DNA of 64,000 nt, from the IMG/VR virus record IMGVR_UViG_3300042013_000103, one strand, 5' to 3'. The position numbers and the translations under genes are program-made. The stretch is from a virus. Lineage: Duplodnaviria > Caudoviricetes. Below the pieces are notes generated by a model. The model made no database searches. It was not told where the DNA came from and saw only the letters and a list, made by a program, of their open reading frames with translations. Below, one piece after another: positions 55,932 through 64,000 of this stretch; the first letter of the stretch is position 1, and the number at the start of each line of letters is the position of its first letter.

Positions 55932-56198
55932 TTAACGTGCTTTTGGTGTGCAACTGTAGGTGATGGTGGTTTTGAGGTCGGTTTCGACGAACGTGGTGAC
56001 GCTGCCGTTGGCCGTCCTTACCAGAGTAGTGCGGTTTTTGGAATTCTCCAATTCCAGTTGATCGGCCAGTGCCATGCACCGATCAATGCCTTCCTTGATT
56101 ACCCGGGTGGTTTTGATCTCTTCCTTGGGTTGCCCCACGGTGTTGATTTGCACTTGAACAACTTCTACAGTTAAAACGTAAGCGGGCTCGGCGTACAT
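55932..56198 (-). CDS. small two-cysteine protein (paralogue of 22615-22839)
   Basis: RCM...RTANG...YSCTPK. Confidence 0.65.
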   Translation of the reverse strand: MYAEPAYVLTVEVVQVQINTVGQPKEEIKTTRVIKEGIDRCMALADQLELENSKNRTTLVRTANGSVTTFVETDLKTTITYSCTPKAR

Positions 56199-56211
56199 TA
56201 GAATCTCCTGT

Positions 56212-56676
56212 TTAAACGTAAGCTATGGTCAGCAGTTTGATGTCAGCCATGCCCCAGCAACGAATTTCCGCAGTGCTGTTACCACACCCGCTACCTTGAT
56301 AGACCGCCCCATCAAAGCCCAGCGCAGTGGCCACGGTGATGAACTCTTCGTCATCCAGCAAGCGCCAGACTTGAATCGAGTCCCCCACCGAACAGCGGTA
56401 ATCAGGCCCCCAACGGTCCAACAGGGTTTGCGGGAACCCTAGGTCCAGCAACTCTTGAACGTAGATGTAACAATCGCCATCGTTGTTCATCAACAGCTTG
56501 CTCATCGTGAGTTCACAGAGGAACACCACGGGGCGTACCGGCAGTTCTCTGGAATCGTTTGGTTCCTTGGCGTACTGCACGGCCACGGGGAGTGATGCCG
56601 TAAAGGACCAGGACGCGTGGCGTTTGGACAACCCGTCTTCTCCCCCGTGCTGTCCACGATAACATTGAAGCTTCAT
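56212..56676 (-). CDS. ADP-ribosyltransferase-like protein (R-S-E type)
   Basis: YRG, SWSFTAS..VA.QYA, GFDGAVY, AE. Confidence 0.55.
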   Translation of the reverse strand: MKLQCYRGQHGGEDGLSKRHASWSFTASLPVAVQYAKEPNDSRELPVRPVVFLCELTMSKLLMNNDGDCYIYVQELLDLGFPQTLLDRWGPDYRCSVGDSIQVWRLLDDEEFITVATALGFDGAVYQGSGCGNSTAEIRCWGMADIKLLTIAYV

Positions 56677-56993
56677 TGAAATTGTTTCTCCAGTTCCAGG
56701 ATTTGCGGCAGGTACTGTGTAAACTTCCGGCGAACCCAGGTCATTCGAGTTTCGGGTTCATGTCGGAGGTGAGTACCCGCCAGCAGGTATAACAGGCGAC
56801 CTTTATTAGCGTCGCATTCAGGATGGACCAAAGACCAATCGATAGCATCTAGATGATCCATCCGTAATGTACAAAACAATTCATATTGGCGCAGGTGCTC
56901 TTTTTCTGAAAACACACTCACCAAGAACATTGCCCAGAGTTGGCGGCAATAGACTTGGGGGGTGTTGGGGGTTTCAACCAAGGACTTGACCAT
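56673..56993 (-). CDS. hypothetical protein (paralogue of 56974-57276)
   Basis: LWAMFL...YE...LLYLL. Confidence 0.65.
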   Translation of the reverse strand: MVKSLVETPNTPQVYCRQLWAMFLVSVFSEKEHLRQYELFCTLRMDHLDAIDWSLVHPECDANKGRLLYLLAGTHLRHEPETRMTWVRRKFTQYLPQILELEKQFQ

Positions 56994-57276
56994 CCTTTAC
57001 CTCGAGTTCGCAACGACGAAGGCAGTCGACGTACAGGTAGTAGTTCATCACCACCCATTCCTTGCTCAGGTGCTTGGGGATGGTCCCCAAGCGGTTGGTG
57101 TACGTCAACAGGTAAATCACCGAACAACGGTTGAAGTTCAGTTGTAAACTTTCCCAGTACTCCCGGTACTGTTCGACCTTGTCGCCGTGGGCTTGCAACA
57201 GACCCTCATAAGCCACGAACAAGCGAGGGGATTCCTTGCACAACTTCTTTAGGAACAGGTCCCAGATGCTGGTCAT
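56974..57276 (-). CDS. hypothetical protein (start MTSIWD)
   Basis: IWDLFL...YE...VIYLL. Confidence 0.65.
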   Translation of the reverse strand: MTSIWDLFLKKLCKESPRLFVAYEGLLQAHGDKVEQYREYWESLQLNFNRCSVIYLLTYTNRLGTIPKHLSKEWVVMNYYLYVDCLRRCELEVKDGQVLG

Positions 57277-57332
57277 GTAAGTGGCGTTGTTGCACGATCG
57301 TTTGGTCACGCTGTGTGACTCTAGGTCCTGAC

Positions 57333-57821
57333 TCATTCGGATTCCTTAGGAAGTTCATAGGCCAAACTGTAATCGAGCATTGCGAGGGGGTGGGAGTACA
57401 GGCCTTTGTAACATTCCCCATCGCACGCCTGAGTTCGGAACCGTTGGTTGCCACGAATAAACAAAATGGGTTCCGTGGCGTCGTGTTTAGCAATGGTCAC
57501 AAAATGTACTTCTTCGTCCAGCCCTTGTTGGGGGTGGTTGAGCGGAGGTAGTCGATTAAGGAACTCACCACACTCGGCCAAGTCTGCTTGAATTTCCTCC
57601 GGGGATTTGATTTTAACCTCGGGTGGATTGACGGCAGCGTCCGGGAAGGGTCTGTAGTTGGTTTCATCCCCGTAGACGTTCAGTGGTGCTTTGGCCGTGA
57701 TGAACACCACGCCTTCGGGCGGGGCATAAACTCGCATTTGGCGACACAACTCAAGCTCGTCATCAACGGACACTGGAATGTTGACCGGGTTCAAACCGGC
57801 TCGGTACTCTTTATCATCCAT
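57333..57821 (-). CDS. hypothetical protein
   Basis: 162-aa ORF after a promoter-like motif. Confidence 0.7.
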   Translation of the reverse strand: MDDKEYRAGLNPVNIPVSVDDELELCRQMRVYAPPEGVVFITAKAPLNVYGDETNYRPFPDAAVNPPEVKIKSPEEIQADLAECGEFLNRLPPLNHPQQGLDEEVHFVTIAKHDATEPILFIRGNQRFRTQACDGECYKGLYSHPLAMLDYSLAYELPKESE

Positions 57822-57847
57822 TGGAAGGTCCTCTTGGTTGTACTGTC

Positions 57848-57857
57848 GTGATATAGT
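57848..57857 (-). promoter_or_regulatory. early-promoter variant ACTATATCAC
   Basis: One mismatch to ACTATATTAC, intergenic, upstream of 57821. Confidence 0.5.
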
Positions 57858-57887
57858 TCTTTGTTAGACTCTATTACAAGTCGTTGG

Positions 57888-58742
57888 CTACGTCGGGTTG
57901 GTGCGCATGGCCATCATGCACTTCGACACAGACCGTTCTACCTGGGCCAAGATTTCTGGGGTGCTGCGTTCCGCCAATAAAGCGTAAGCTTCCCGCAAGC
58001 CCGTGCTCAGCCAACAGTCTTCCAAGTACAGCAAGGTGGTACCCTCCAGTTGCAGTGTCACCTCGGTACGGGTAGTGCAGTGACTTGCCGTTGCCCCGAC
58101 CACATAAGTGGCGTTCATGCAATTACACAACAGGTGCAGTCGCAGGATGTCCGCTTGGTAATCTAATCCCAACGGTGTGGCATAACGGTCCGTGGGTACC
58201 GGGGGTTCTGCAACCGGCGGTGCGATGGGTTGGTGGGTTAACACCCGGGTGGAGCCGCCAAAAGGCGACGCCCGATGGATCTTTTCCGGACAGGCTTTGT
58301 GCACCTGTTGTACTTTGGCCAGCGCTGTTGTGCTCCCTTGCCAGAACTCGATTTCCCGGGCGTGCAACGTCCAGTCCACATGACCGTCGGCACGTTGCTT
58401 GATGAGGATCACTTCGTCTGGGGTCACCACGTACACATCCAGCAGTTTGTAATCCCGCACACACTGCATGAGCTGGGGTAGCCGAAAGAACGGTGAACGT
58501 TGCCGGTGCTTCATCCGCAACCAATGGGTGAAGTTCTCTACCTCCCCCCGAGGTCCCCGAAAGATGATCGCTTCCACTTCCCGCAATGGGCGAACGTCAG
58601 CAAACATCGTGGACAAGTCCAGGTTGGTGACTTGGGGGTCGAAATCCACGAGGCTGGTGGATTGAGGCGTGGTGGCCGAGGTGAACACCACCGCTTGGTG
58701 GGCGTCAATGAAAATAACGTGGTGCGATGGCCGGACGTACAT
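57888..58742 (-). CDS. hypothetical protein (start MYVRPS)
   Basis: TAATG-coupled. Confidence 0.7.
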   Translation of the reverse strand: MYVRPSHHVIFIDAHQAVVFTSATTPQSTSLVDFDPQVTNLDLSTMFADVRPLREVEAIIFRGPRGEVENFTHWLRMKHRQRSPFFRLPQLMQCVRDYKLLDVYVVTPDEVILIKQRADGHVDWTLHAREIEFWQGSTTALAKVQQVHKACPEKIHRASPFGGSTRVLTHQPIAPPVAEPPVPTDRYATPLGLDYQADILRLHLLCNCMNATYVVGATASHCTTRTEVTLQLEGTTLLYLEDCWLSTGLREAYALLAERSTPEILAQVERSVSKCMMAMRTNPT

Positions 58743-59074
58743 TAACGAAACCCCTGTTTCTTGAGTTCTTTTTCGAACTCGCTGATGGTAAGTTCTCGGT
58801 TGCACTTCAAACTAAAGAAACTCACCCCGACCTCGGGTACCTGAAACATTGTCTCGGAGTTGCAACAGGTGTTGTCTTTCGACCCTTCAATGGTCAGTTG
58901 CGCTTCTTTAGCCCGACGAATCAGGTTGAGTGTCGCCTGTTCGAAATGGGGTTGGCCGTAGAACCGATCGCCTTCCGGGCTGTTTTCCACCCAGCACGGA
59001 AAATGGCAGGTCATGTAGAACAGGCGTTTACGCTGCAACGCTTCCTGTTGTTTTTGCAGTTTGGTCTTGGCCAT
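58742..59074 (-). CDS. hypothetical protein (start MAKTKL; paralogue of 59028-59462)
   Basis: MAKTKLQKQQEA...YM...FP.W. Confidence 0.65.
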   Translation of the reverse strand: MAKTKLQKQQEALQRKRLFYMTCHFPCWVENSPEGDRFYGQPHFEQATLNLIRRAKEAQLTIEGSKDNTCCNSETMFQVPEVGVSFFSLKCNRELTISEFEKELKKQGFR

Positions 59075-59462
59075 TTGGATTTTCCTCTTGAACAACGGAT
59101 TGATATTGCTGAAGGTTGATGATGCCTTGTTTGTAACATTCCAAGTGATACGAGTTCACCAGGATTTGACGGTTGCTGGCGCACATGACGTGGCGGATGA
59201 AGCTTTCGGGTTTCCGCAACCTAGCGAGTTCCCAGGCGCTGTCGTCCAGAGGTTGCCCCGACATACTCACTTGCGCTTCTAACGCCTTGGCGTGCAGCTC
59301 ACGAGCTCTGGTGGCCAAGTACACGGCCTCGTGCAAGCCATCCCCCGCATGACGCCACGAAGCCAACCATCCCGGGAACGCGTACCGCATGTAGTCCCGT
59401 CGATAGCCGACCAAGTTCCGGTCATGTGCTTCCTTACGTTTTTGTTCCTTTGACTTGGCCAT
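59028..59462 (-). CDS. hypothetical protein (start MAKSKE)
   Basis: MAKSKEQKRKEA...YM...FP.W. Confidence 0.65.
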   Translation of the reverse strand: MAKSKEQKRKEAHDRNLVGYRRDYMRYAFPGWLASWRHAGDGLHEAVYLATRARELHAKALEAQVSMSGQPLDDSAWELARLRKPESFIRHVMCASNRQILVNSYHLECYKQGIINLQQYQSVVQEENPNGQDQTAKTTGSVAA

Positions 59463-59493
59463 GCAAATATCCTTATAAACGTTTATATAGAAA

Positions 59494-59838
59494 TCACACC
59501 GTGGGTTTGGTCCAACAGTTACCAACCAGCACCATCCCATCAAAACGAATGATCCACGCAGCGGCGATGCGGTAGCGTTCCACCAAGCTTTTGGATAGGT
59601 CGCACTCAATGGAACGGATCGCAAAAATATCCCCGTGGAGGTCCGGGTTGTTTTTGTACATCTCGTGCACCAAGAAACCGTAATGCGCACCCAGTTCTTC
59701 TCGGGTGGGTGGTGTCTCGACGGTGTGGACATCCGCCGTAAAGCGCTGGAGTTTGTATTCCAGGTGAGGCCCCGTGATCACGGACCAGCTGACTTGGGTT
59801 TTAGAACAGAAGATTTCGATGGAGTACGAGATTGACAT
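59494..59838 (-). CDS. hypothetical protein
   Basis: AGGA RBS. Confidence 0.7.
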   Translation of the reverse strand: MSISYSIEIFCSKTQVSWSVITGPHLEYKLQRFTADVHTVETPPTREELGAHYGFLVHEMYKNNPDLHGDIFAIRSIECDLSKSLVERYRIAAAWIIRFDGMVLVGNCWTKPTV

Positions 59839-59850
59839 GCAGCGTTCCTG

Positions 59851-60087
59851 TTAGAGGGCCGTGGACAGGATTATCAATCCCACCAAACCAATGAAGGTTA
59901 AACCGAGGTGATACCGGACAAATCGGTCTTTTAGACCAGCGACACGTACCCCATAAAGTACACCAAGGGCAGAGCCCACCAACAACACCCACCCAAGTCC
60001 CATTAGAAACGTAACACTGGAGAGGTCGTTGACCGTGCAGAGATCCAACACGGTTTCCGCGATGGGTGGTCCTGTGTTAGTTAACAT
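59851..60087 (-). CDS. small membrane protein
   Basis: Two hydrophobic helices. Confidence 0.7.
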   Translation of the reverse strand: MLTNTGPPIAETVLDLCTVNDLSSVTFLMGLGWVLLVGSALGVLYGVRVAGLKDRFVRYHLGLTFIGLVGLIILSTAL

Positions 60088-60096
60088 GCTTGCTCC

Positions 60097-60543
60097 TTAA
60101 CCGTGACGGGCATGGATCAGGGCGAGCACGGCATCGGTGAACCGAGTCCAGTCCTCGCGGTACTGATGGTCCACTACCTGTGGGATTTTGCGCCACATTT
60201 CGTTGCCGTGGGGCAACCCCAGTTTCTTACAGGTGAGTTTCCACCGGCCGCGGGTGTGGCGTAATTCAGTGCCGCTGCAGTTGGACTGCAACTTGTACCA
60301 AGCGGGGTGGGTGATGCTGTTGGGGTGATCGGGTGATCGCAACGCCCCGGTGAATGCCAGTCCCTGTTCGTTGGCATCTTTCAACAGGTTTTCGGTGAGG
60401 GACAAGACCAACTGTGCCGTGTCGGCCATCGACGCGTAACGGTCGAATTCGAGGCCCCCGGGAAAGTTGGCCATCCAAAAAGGGAAGCTGACTTGTAAGT
60501 ATTCCAATTGCCCTTCGGAAAGGGTGGTTTGTGTTTCCGACAT
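60097..60543 (-). CDS. hypothetical protein
   Basis: 148-aa ORF with an AAGGA RBS. Confidence 0.7.
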   Translation of the reverse strand: MSETQTTLSEGQLEYLQVSFPFWMANFPGGLEFDRYASMADTAQLVLSLTENLLKDANEQGLAFTGALRSPDHPNSITHPAWYKLQSNCSGTELRHTRGRWKLTCKKLGLPHGNEMWRKIPQVVDHQYREDWTRFTDAVLALIHARHG

Positions 60544-60581
60544 GTTGATTCCTTTGGATAACTGGCGGCATAAACCTCCCC

Positions 60582-61112
60582 CTAAGGGAAGGCCATACCG
60601 GATTGGTTGTGTACTACCGTTTTATGTTGGCTGGCCCAAACGTGCTCAGTTGGCGTGTCAGGCAGTTGGCGAGTAAAGATAACCACTTTCCCCTCCATCC
60701 AGTGTTTCACGTCCACAGGCTCCACTGAGACGTTCTCAATGGTGTTCTTGGTCAGCCACTCGGTGTCGATGTTGTTGTGAGGGTTTTTATTCTTCACAAA
60801 CCCATCGGCGGCCCGAAACGGAATGGTGTAAACGTAGAGCTGCATCGCCAAGAACTTGTCCAAGGGGATTTCGTTCTTGCAGTAGATCGTGACGATCTTA
60901 CCTTCGATGTTAAAACGGTCGGTGTTGAAAACCTTCTCCACCGCACTGCCCACGGCCAAGTCACAAGCAGCGGACTTGTCGGTGGTGACGTAGAGGAATT
61001 GATTGGATTCAATGCCGTCCCACATCGTGAGTTTGCCGGAACGTTTATAGCCCGGCATTAACTCGGTTTGGTTGTACAGGGAGCCGTGGTAGAAGTGTGT
61101 GGGGTTGGCCAT
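60582..61112 (-). CDS. ADP-ribosyltransferase-like protein (H-Y-E / Arr-like)
   Basis: FYHGS, LYVTTD..AA, YVYTIP, DTEW. Confidence 0.55.
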   Translation of the reverse strand: MANPTHFYHGSLYNQTELMPGYKRSGKLTMWDGIESNQFLYVTTDKSAACDLAVGSAVEKVFNTDRFNIEGKIVTIYCKNEIPLDKFLAMQLYVYTIPFRAADGFVKNKNPHNNIDTEWLTKNTIENVSVEPVDVKHWMEGKVVIFTRQLPDTPTEHVWASQHKTVVHNQSGMAFP

Positions 61113-61441
61113 GGTATCTGCTCTGCGTTGGACATCATATCGTTAGTGATCACCCACTCCATCTGGCCATCGGAACTCACTACATACCGAGGGTGAGTGA
61201 TGGTGACGATTTTGTACCCATTGAACGTTGCATCGGCCACCCGCGATGCGTCGCGGACCACACGGAGCAGTTCAGGGTGATGGCGGGGAATGCCCTGGAT
61301 GAACCACAACAAATTGTCGGTAGTGTCCGGGTTTTCCCGCAAGGCGTTTAACGCCGGATTGTCCCCGATCATGCGTTTGAGAAGCCGTTCCATCTTGGAG
61401 CCTAGACGATGCTCTATGAACACCACCACTTCCCAAGTCAT
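61058..61441 (-). CDS. PRHHP-motif family protein
   Basis: GIPRHHPELL. Confidence 0.65.
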   Translation of the reverse strand: MTWEVVVFIEHRLGSKMERLLKRMIGDNPALNALRENPDTTDNLLWFIQGIPRHHPELLRVVRDASRVADATFNGYKIVTITHPRYVVSSDGQMEWVITNDMMSNAEQIPWPTPHTSTTAPCTTKPS

Positions 61442-61893
61442 GTGTTGTCCCTGTTGTATTGGCGCTGTTCATCGGGGGTCAACCACGTATAGGCTGAGAC
61501 CATGTCCTTTTCTTCGATCACCTCCTCTTCGTCACTACGTTCATCATATTCGACGCGATAGAGCTCACCTTCCAACAACACCAACCGAAACGGCACGTTG
61601 TCGGCATCGTCAGGTTGGACCAGTTCCAGGTATTTCTCGTTGGCCTTACGTGCGAAGGTCACCAGTTCCGGATGGTGCCGTGGAACCGCGTGTAATACGT
61701 CCAAGCGCAGGTTGAGCCACCGCACGGAACTCAAGGTCCGGGCATCTACGTACGCCGCCAAGATGACGTTGTGCTGCAAGTAGTTACGCACCCAGTCAAT
61801 GAACGGATCGTACAACACGTCCCCATTACAAACCACGACCACCGGGCCGGAAACCAGGTCACGGGTGTCCGGTACTACGCCAAATTCTTTCAT
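61438..61893 (-). CDS. PRHHP-motif family protein
   Basis: AVPRHHPELV. Confidence 0.7.
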   Translation of the reverse strand: MKEFGVVPDTRDLVSGPVVVVCNGDVLYDPFIDWVRNYLQHNVILAAYVDARTLSSVRWLNLRLDVLHAVPRHHPELVTFARKANEKYLELVQPDDADNVPFRLVLLEGELYRVEYDERSDEEEVIEEKDMVSAYTWLTPDEQRQYNRDNT

Positions 61894-62342
61894 GTTGGTT
61901 CAACTCCCTCAGATTGTTCCTCTTGGTTTTCGTTAGCCATTAGTCGGTCCATGTGCGCAAACCGCAGTACGTCATAAACTTCCCGGTTGTAGCTCAGCAG
62001 GTCTTTGTTGGTTAACGGGGTGAACACCACAGTGTAACCCATTTCGTTTTGCAAGAACCGAGCAATCGCGGCCGAGCGGGAAATTCCTGCGTGACAGTGC
62101 ACCACAATGTCTTCATCCCCGCATTCTTCAATGAACTTGAAGAACTTCACGGCCAAGGAATAATCGAAGTTGCGGTATTCGTGCCCGACCCACCCTTCGA
62201 TGTCGTCAAACTCCAGCCGGCACAGCCGCAAGTGGTCCACCCGAAACGCAGGGTCATCCCCCCGTTCACCGATGGACACCATGTTCACCGGCACACGAAT
62301 GTCTTCAGCGACCCTTTGTGAAAAGAAATTGACCTTTTTCAT
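61890..62342 (-). CDS. CX5R cysteine-based (PTP/dual-specificity-like) phosphatase
   Basis: LEFDD acid loop and IVVHCHAGISRSAAIA P-loop. Confidence 0.85.
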   Translation of the reverse strand: MKKVNFFSQRVAEDIRVPVNMVSIGERGDDPAFRVDHLRLCRLEFDDIEGWVGHEYRNFDYSLAVKFFKFIEECGDEDIVVHCHAGISRSAAIARFLQNEMGYTVVFTPLTNKDLLSYNREVYDVLRFAHMDRLMANENQEEQSEGVEPT

Positions 62343-62346
62343 GAAT

Positions 62347-62769
62347 TTACCTGTTCCATTCTGCTTCTATTGCATCTTCCGTCCACTCGGACCGCAGTGC
62401 TTCATCCATCAGGAGTCGCATCTCAGCCGGGGTACGGACTTGGTCGGAGCGGTGGGCGATGGTTGGCATCACCGTTTCCACATCGGGGGAGGCTTGGTAA
62501 TTGATGTACCATTCCGGCCACTTGACTTCCACTAACTGCAGCCCTAAGCGAATGCCTTGGCTGTCGCGGGCCAACCGGTACGCCATTTCCACCAATTTAG
62601 GGTGGTGGCGAGGCAACAACAAACACGCGGCAGTTTTCCAACCCTCGTGGTATTGGGTTGTGTCCAGTCCGGTGAAGTAGTCACGGAGTTCAGCGTCGTC
62701 CATGATCGCCGCTTCAAACGCATGCCATTTAATCAGATTGCGGTGAAACAACACTACAAATTGGCTCAT
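62347..62769 (-). CDS. PRHHP-motif family protein
   Basis: LLPRHHPKLV. Confidence 0.7.
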   Translation of the reverse strand: MSQFVVLFHRNLIKWHAFEAAIMDDAELRDYFTGLDTTQYHEGWKTAACLLLPRHHPKLVEMAYRLARDSQGIRLGLQLVEVKWPEWYINYQASPDVETVMPTIAHRSDQVRTPAEMRLLMDEALRSEWTEDAIEAEWNR

Positions 62770-63212
62770 TCGGAAGCACCATTGTGAAAGCGGATGTCCA
62801 TCGGGTTGTTCCAGATCGGGGGTGAGTTGATAGTTGGTCCCACCACCGGTTCTAGGTACTCGCGGCGCGGTTCACTCAACGACAACTGAAACCCTAGGAG
62901 GATCTCGCCACAGTCGTTCAGCTTATTAGTAAACTTAGCAGCGACAATGTGCGTAGCTCCCAAAGGGATATTGCGTTCAGGGAATTCCCCGGCTGCAAAG
63001 CACTGTACCAACTTCTGAAAGAAGCCATTGATCTGGGTAGCTTTAGCGGTGCGAAACAAGTCATCGGGTTTAACGTCTACTGCCACAGCGAAATCCTGGG
63101 ACCCTTTGATGCGGCACAAGGACCCCACAATCTCGGATTTATCGTTAACAAAATGGAACACGTATTTGCCCGGCTGATTAAAGTCCGGCTGAACTCGCGC
63201 GGTTTCCCACAT
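62766..63212 (-). CDS. hypothetical protein
   Basis: 148-aa ORF. Confidence 0.65.
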   Translation of the reverse strand: MWETARVQPDFNQPGKYVFHFVNDKSEIVGSLCRIKGSQDFAVAVDVKPDDLFRTAKATQINGFFQKLVQCFAAGEFPERNIPLGATHIVAAKFTNKLNDCGEILLGFQLSLSEPRREYLEPVVGPTINSPPIWNNPMDIRFHNGASE

Positions 63213-63705
63213 AATGGCTGTCCTCTATGATGTCGTATGGTAAGACGTGGTACTCGGTGTCCGACATACAGTGGTTCAGCATGGGGTCGGCGGCTAACCG
63301 GTCCAACCCCTTGATGGCTTGGAAGTGTTCGTCGGGCAATTCCACGCCCACCCCGATGGCCGCACGGTTGTCCGTGTGTTCTTCGATGTACACCATCCCC
63401 CGGTAGGTGATCACGTGCTTGGTGCTCACCACCACAACCAACGCTGTGGGGTACCGTGCCGTGAGTTTCCGCAGCAGGTAATCGTGCATCATCGCCTTGG
63501 TCTGCTCCGCCACGGCCTGGGCCAACACCGTGACATCGTCCCCGATCGGCGACAACACCAAGATGGCCCGGAAGGGAATGCGAAGCCCGCCTCGGGTGAA
63601 AAAGAAGTTATAGCCCTGATGGTTCAACAGCGCTTTAAACGACGTGTCTCCCCGCTCTTTCCAAACCTCCACATTGTGCGGGGTAGCACGGTACAGAAAT
63701 TTCAT
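63178..63705 (-). CDS. hypothetical protein (start MKFLYR)
   Basis: GGAGG RBS; track start upstream crosses a terminator. Confidence 0.7.
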   Translation of the reverse strand: MKFLYRATPHNVEVWKERGDTSFKALLNHQGYNFFFTRGGLRIPFRAILVLSPIGDDVTVLAQAVAEQTKAMMHDYLLRKLTARYPTALVVVVSTKHVITYRGMVYIEEHTDNRAAIGVGVELPDEHFQAIKGLDRLAADPMLNHCMSDTEYHVLPYDIIEDSHYVGNRASSAGL

Positions 63706-63720
63706 AATGCCTCCACAGGC

Positions 63721-63755
63721 TATACTGCCCCTCCCGAAGGAGAGGCCGTTATGAC
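63721..63755. terminator. intrinsic terminator
   Basis: GCCCCTCCCGAAGGAGAGGCCGTTATG hairpin. Confidence 0.6.
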
Positions 63756-63758
63756 GTT

Positions 63759-64000
63759 TTACAGGGTGGGTTCTTCGGCCGAGATGGGGTACTTGGCGTC
63801 GAAGCCTTCCACTCCCACGGCTTTCAGCCATTCGCGGAATTCGGCTTTGGTGCCTGGCCGTGGACCCTGTTTTGGATCTTCAGGCACAACCATAAAGCCA
63901 TGCGTCGATGCGATGGAGTATTCGCACAGCAAGTCGTCTTCACCGACCGATACGGTCCAGAAGTTTTCCCCTTCCTTGCGCACGCCGTAGCACAGGCTTT
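63759..64000 (-). CDS. hypothetical protein, 3' part (open to window end)
   Basis: Frame stays open upstream of the track GTG (…SLCYGVRKEGENFW…). Confidence 0.6.
   Translation of the reverse strand, partial: SLCYGVRKEGENFWTVSVGEDDLLCEYSIASTHGFMVVPEDPKQGPRPGTKAEFREWLKAVGVEGFDAKYPISAEEPTL

Noticed and set aside
1-64000. Stop-codon reassignment or programmed frameshifting
   Set aside because: Recognisable genes are full length in the standard code; no split gene needing recoding was seen.

Overview
A 64-kb segment of a GC-rich, nucleus-forming phiKZ-related jumbo phage (Chimalliviridae-type). The host is probably a pseudomonad, inferred from synteny and a PL7 alginate lyase. The core genes are a phiKZ gp50-like DNA polymerase (5' part, missing from the ORF track), PhuZ tubulin, an RNA ligase, tail tube, tail sheath, three structural genes, terminase large subunit, DHFR, class Ia NrdA/NrdB and a processed virion protein. 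These are interspersed with long minus-strand runs of small accessory genes, driven by repeated ACTATATTAC early-type promoters and bounded by stereotyped bidirectional hairpin terminators. Two observations stand out. (1) A cluster of putative structured non-coding RNAs lies at 43.8-48.8 kb. It includes two diverged copies of a ~110-nt five-helix motif with compensatory changes, which bracket a small-protein plus alginate-lyase cassette. (2) A GIY-YIG homing-endonuclease element appears to have inserted into the 3' end of nrdB. It supplies a recoded replacement C-terminus and strands the original last 21 codons about 870 bp downstream. Other items include two ADP-ribosyltransferase-like proteins, an Ntn/proteasome-like protein, a CX5R phosphatase among PRHHP-motif paralogues, and several paralogue families. 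No CRISPR array, canonical tRNA, rRNA, intron or intein was recognised. All functional calls come from motif recognition and hand-folding by eye; no searches were run.
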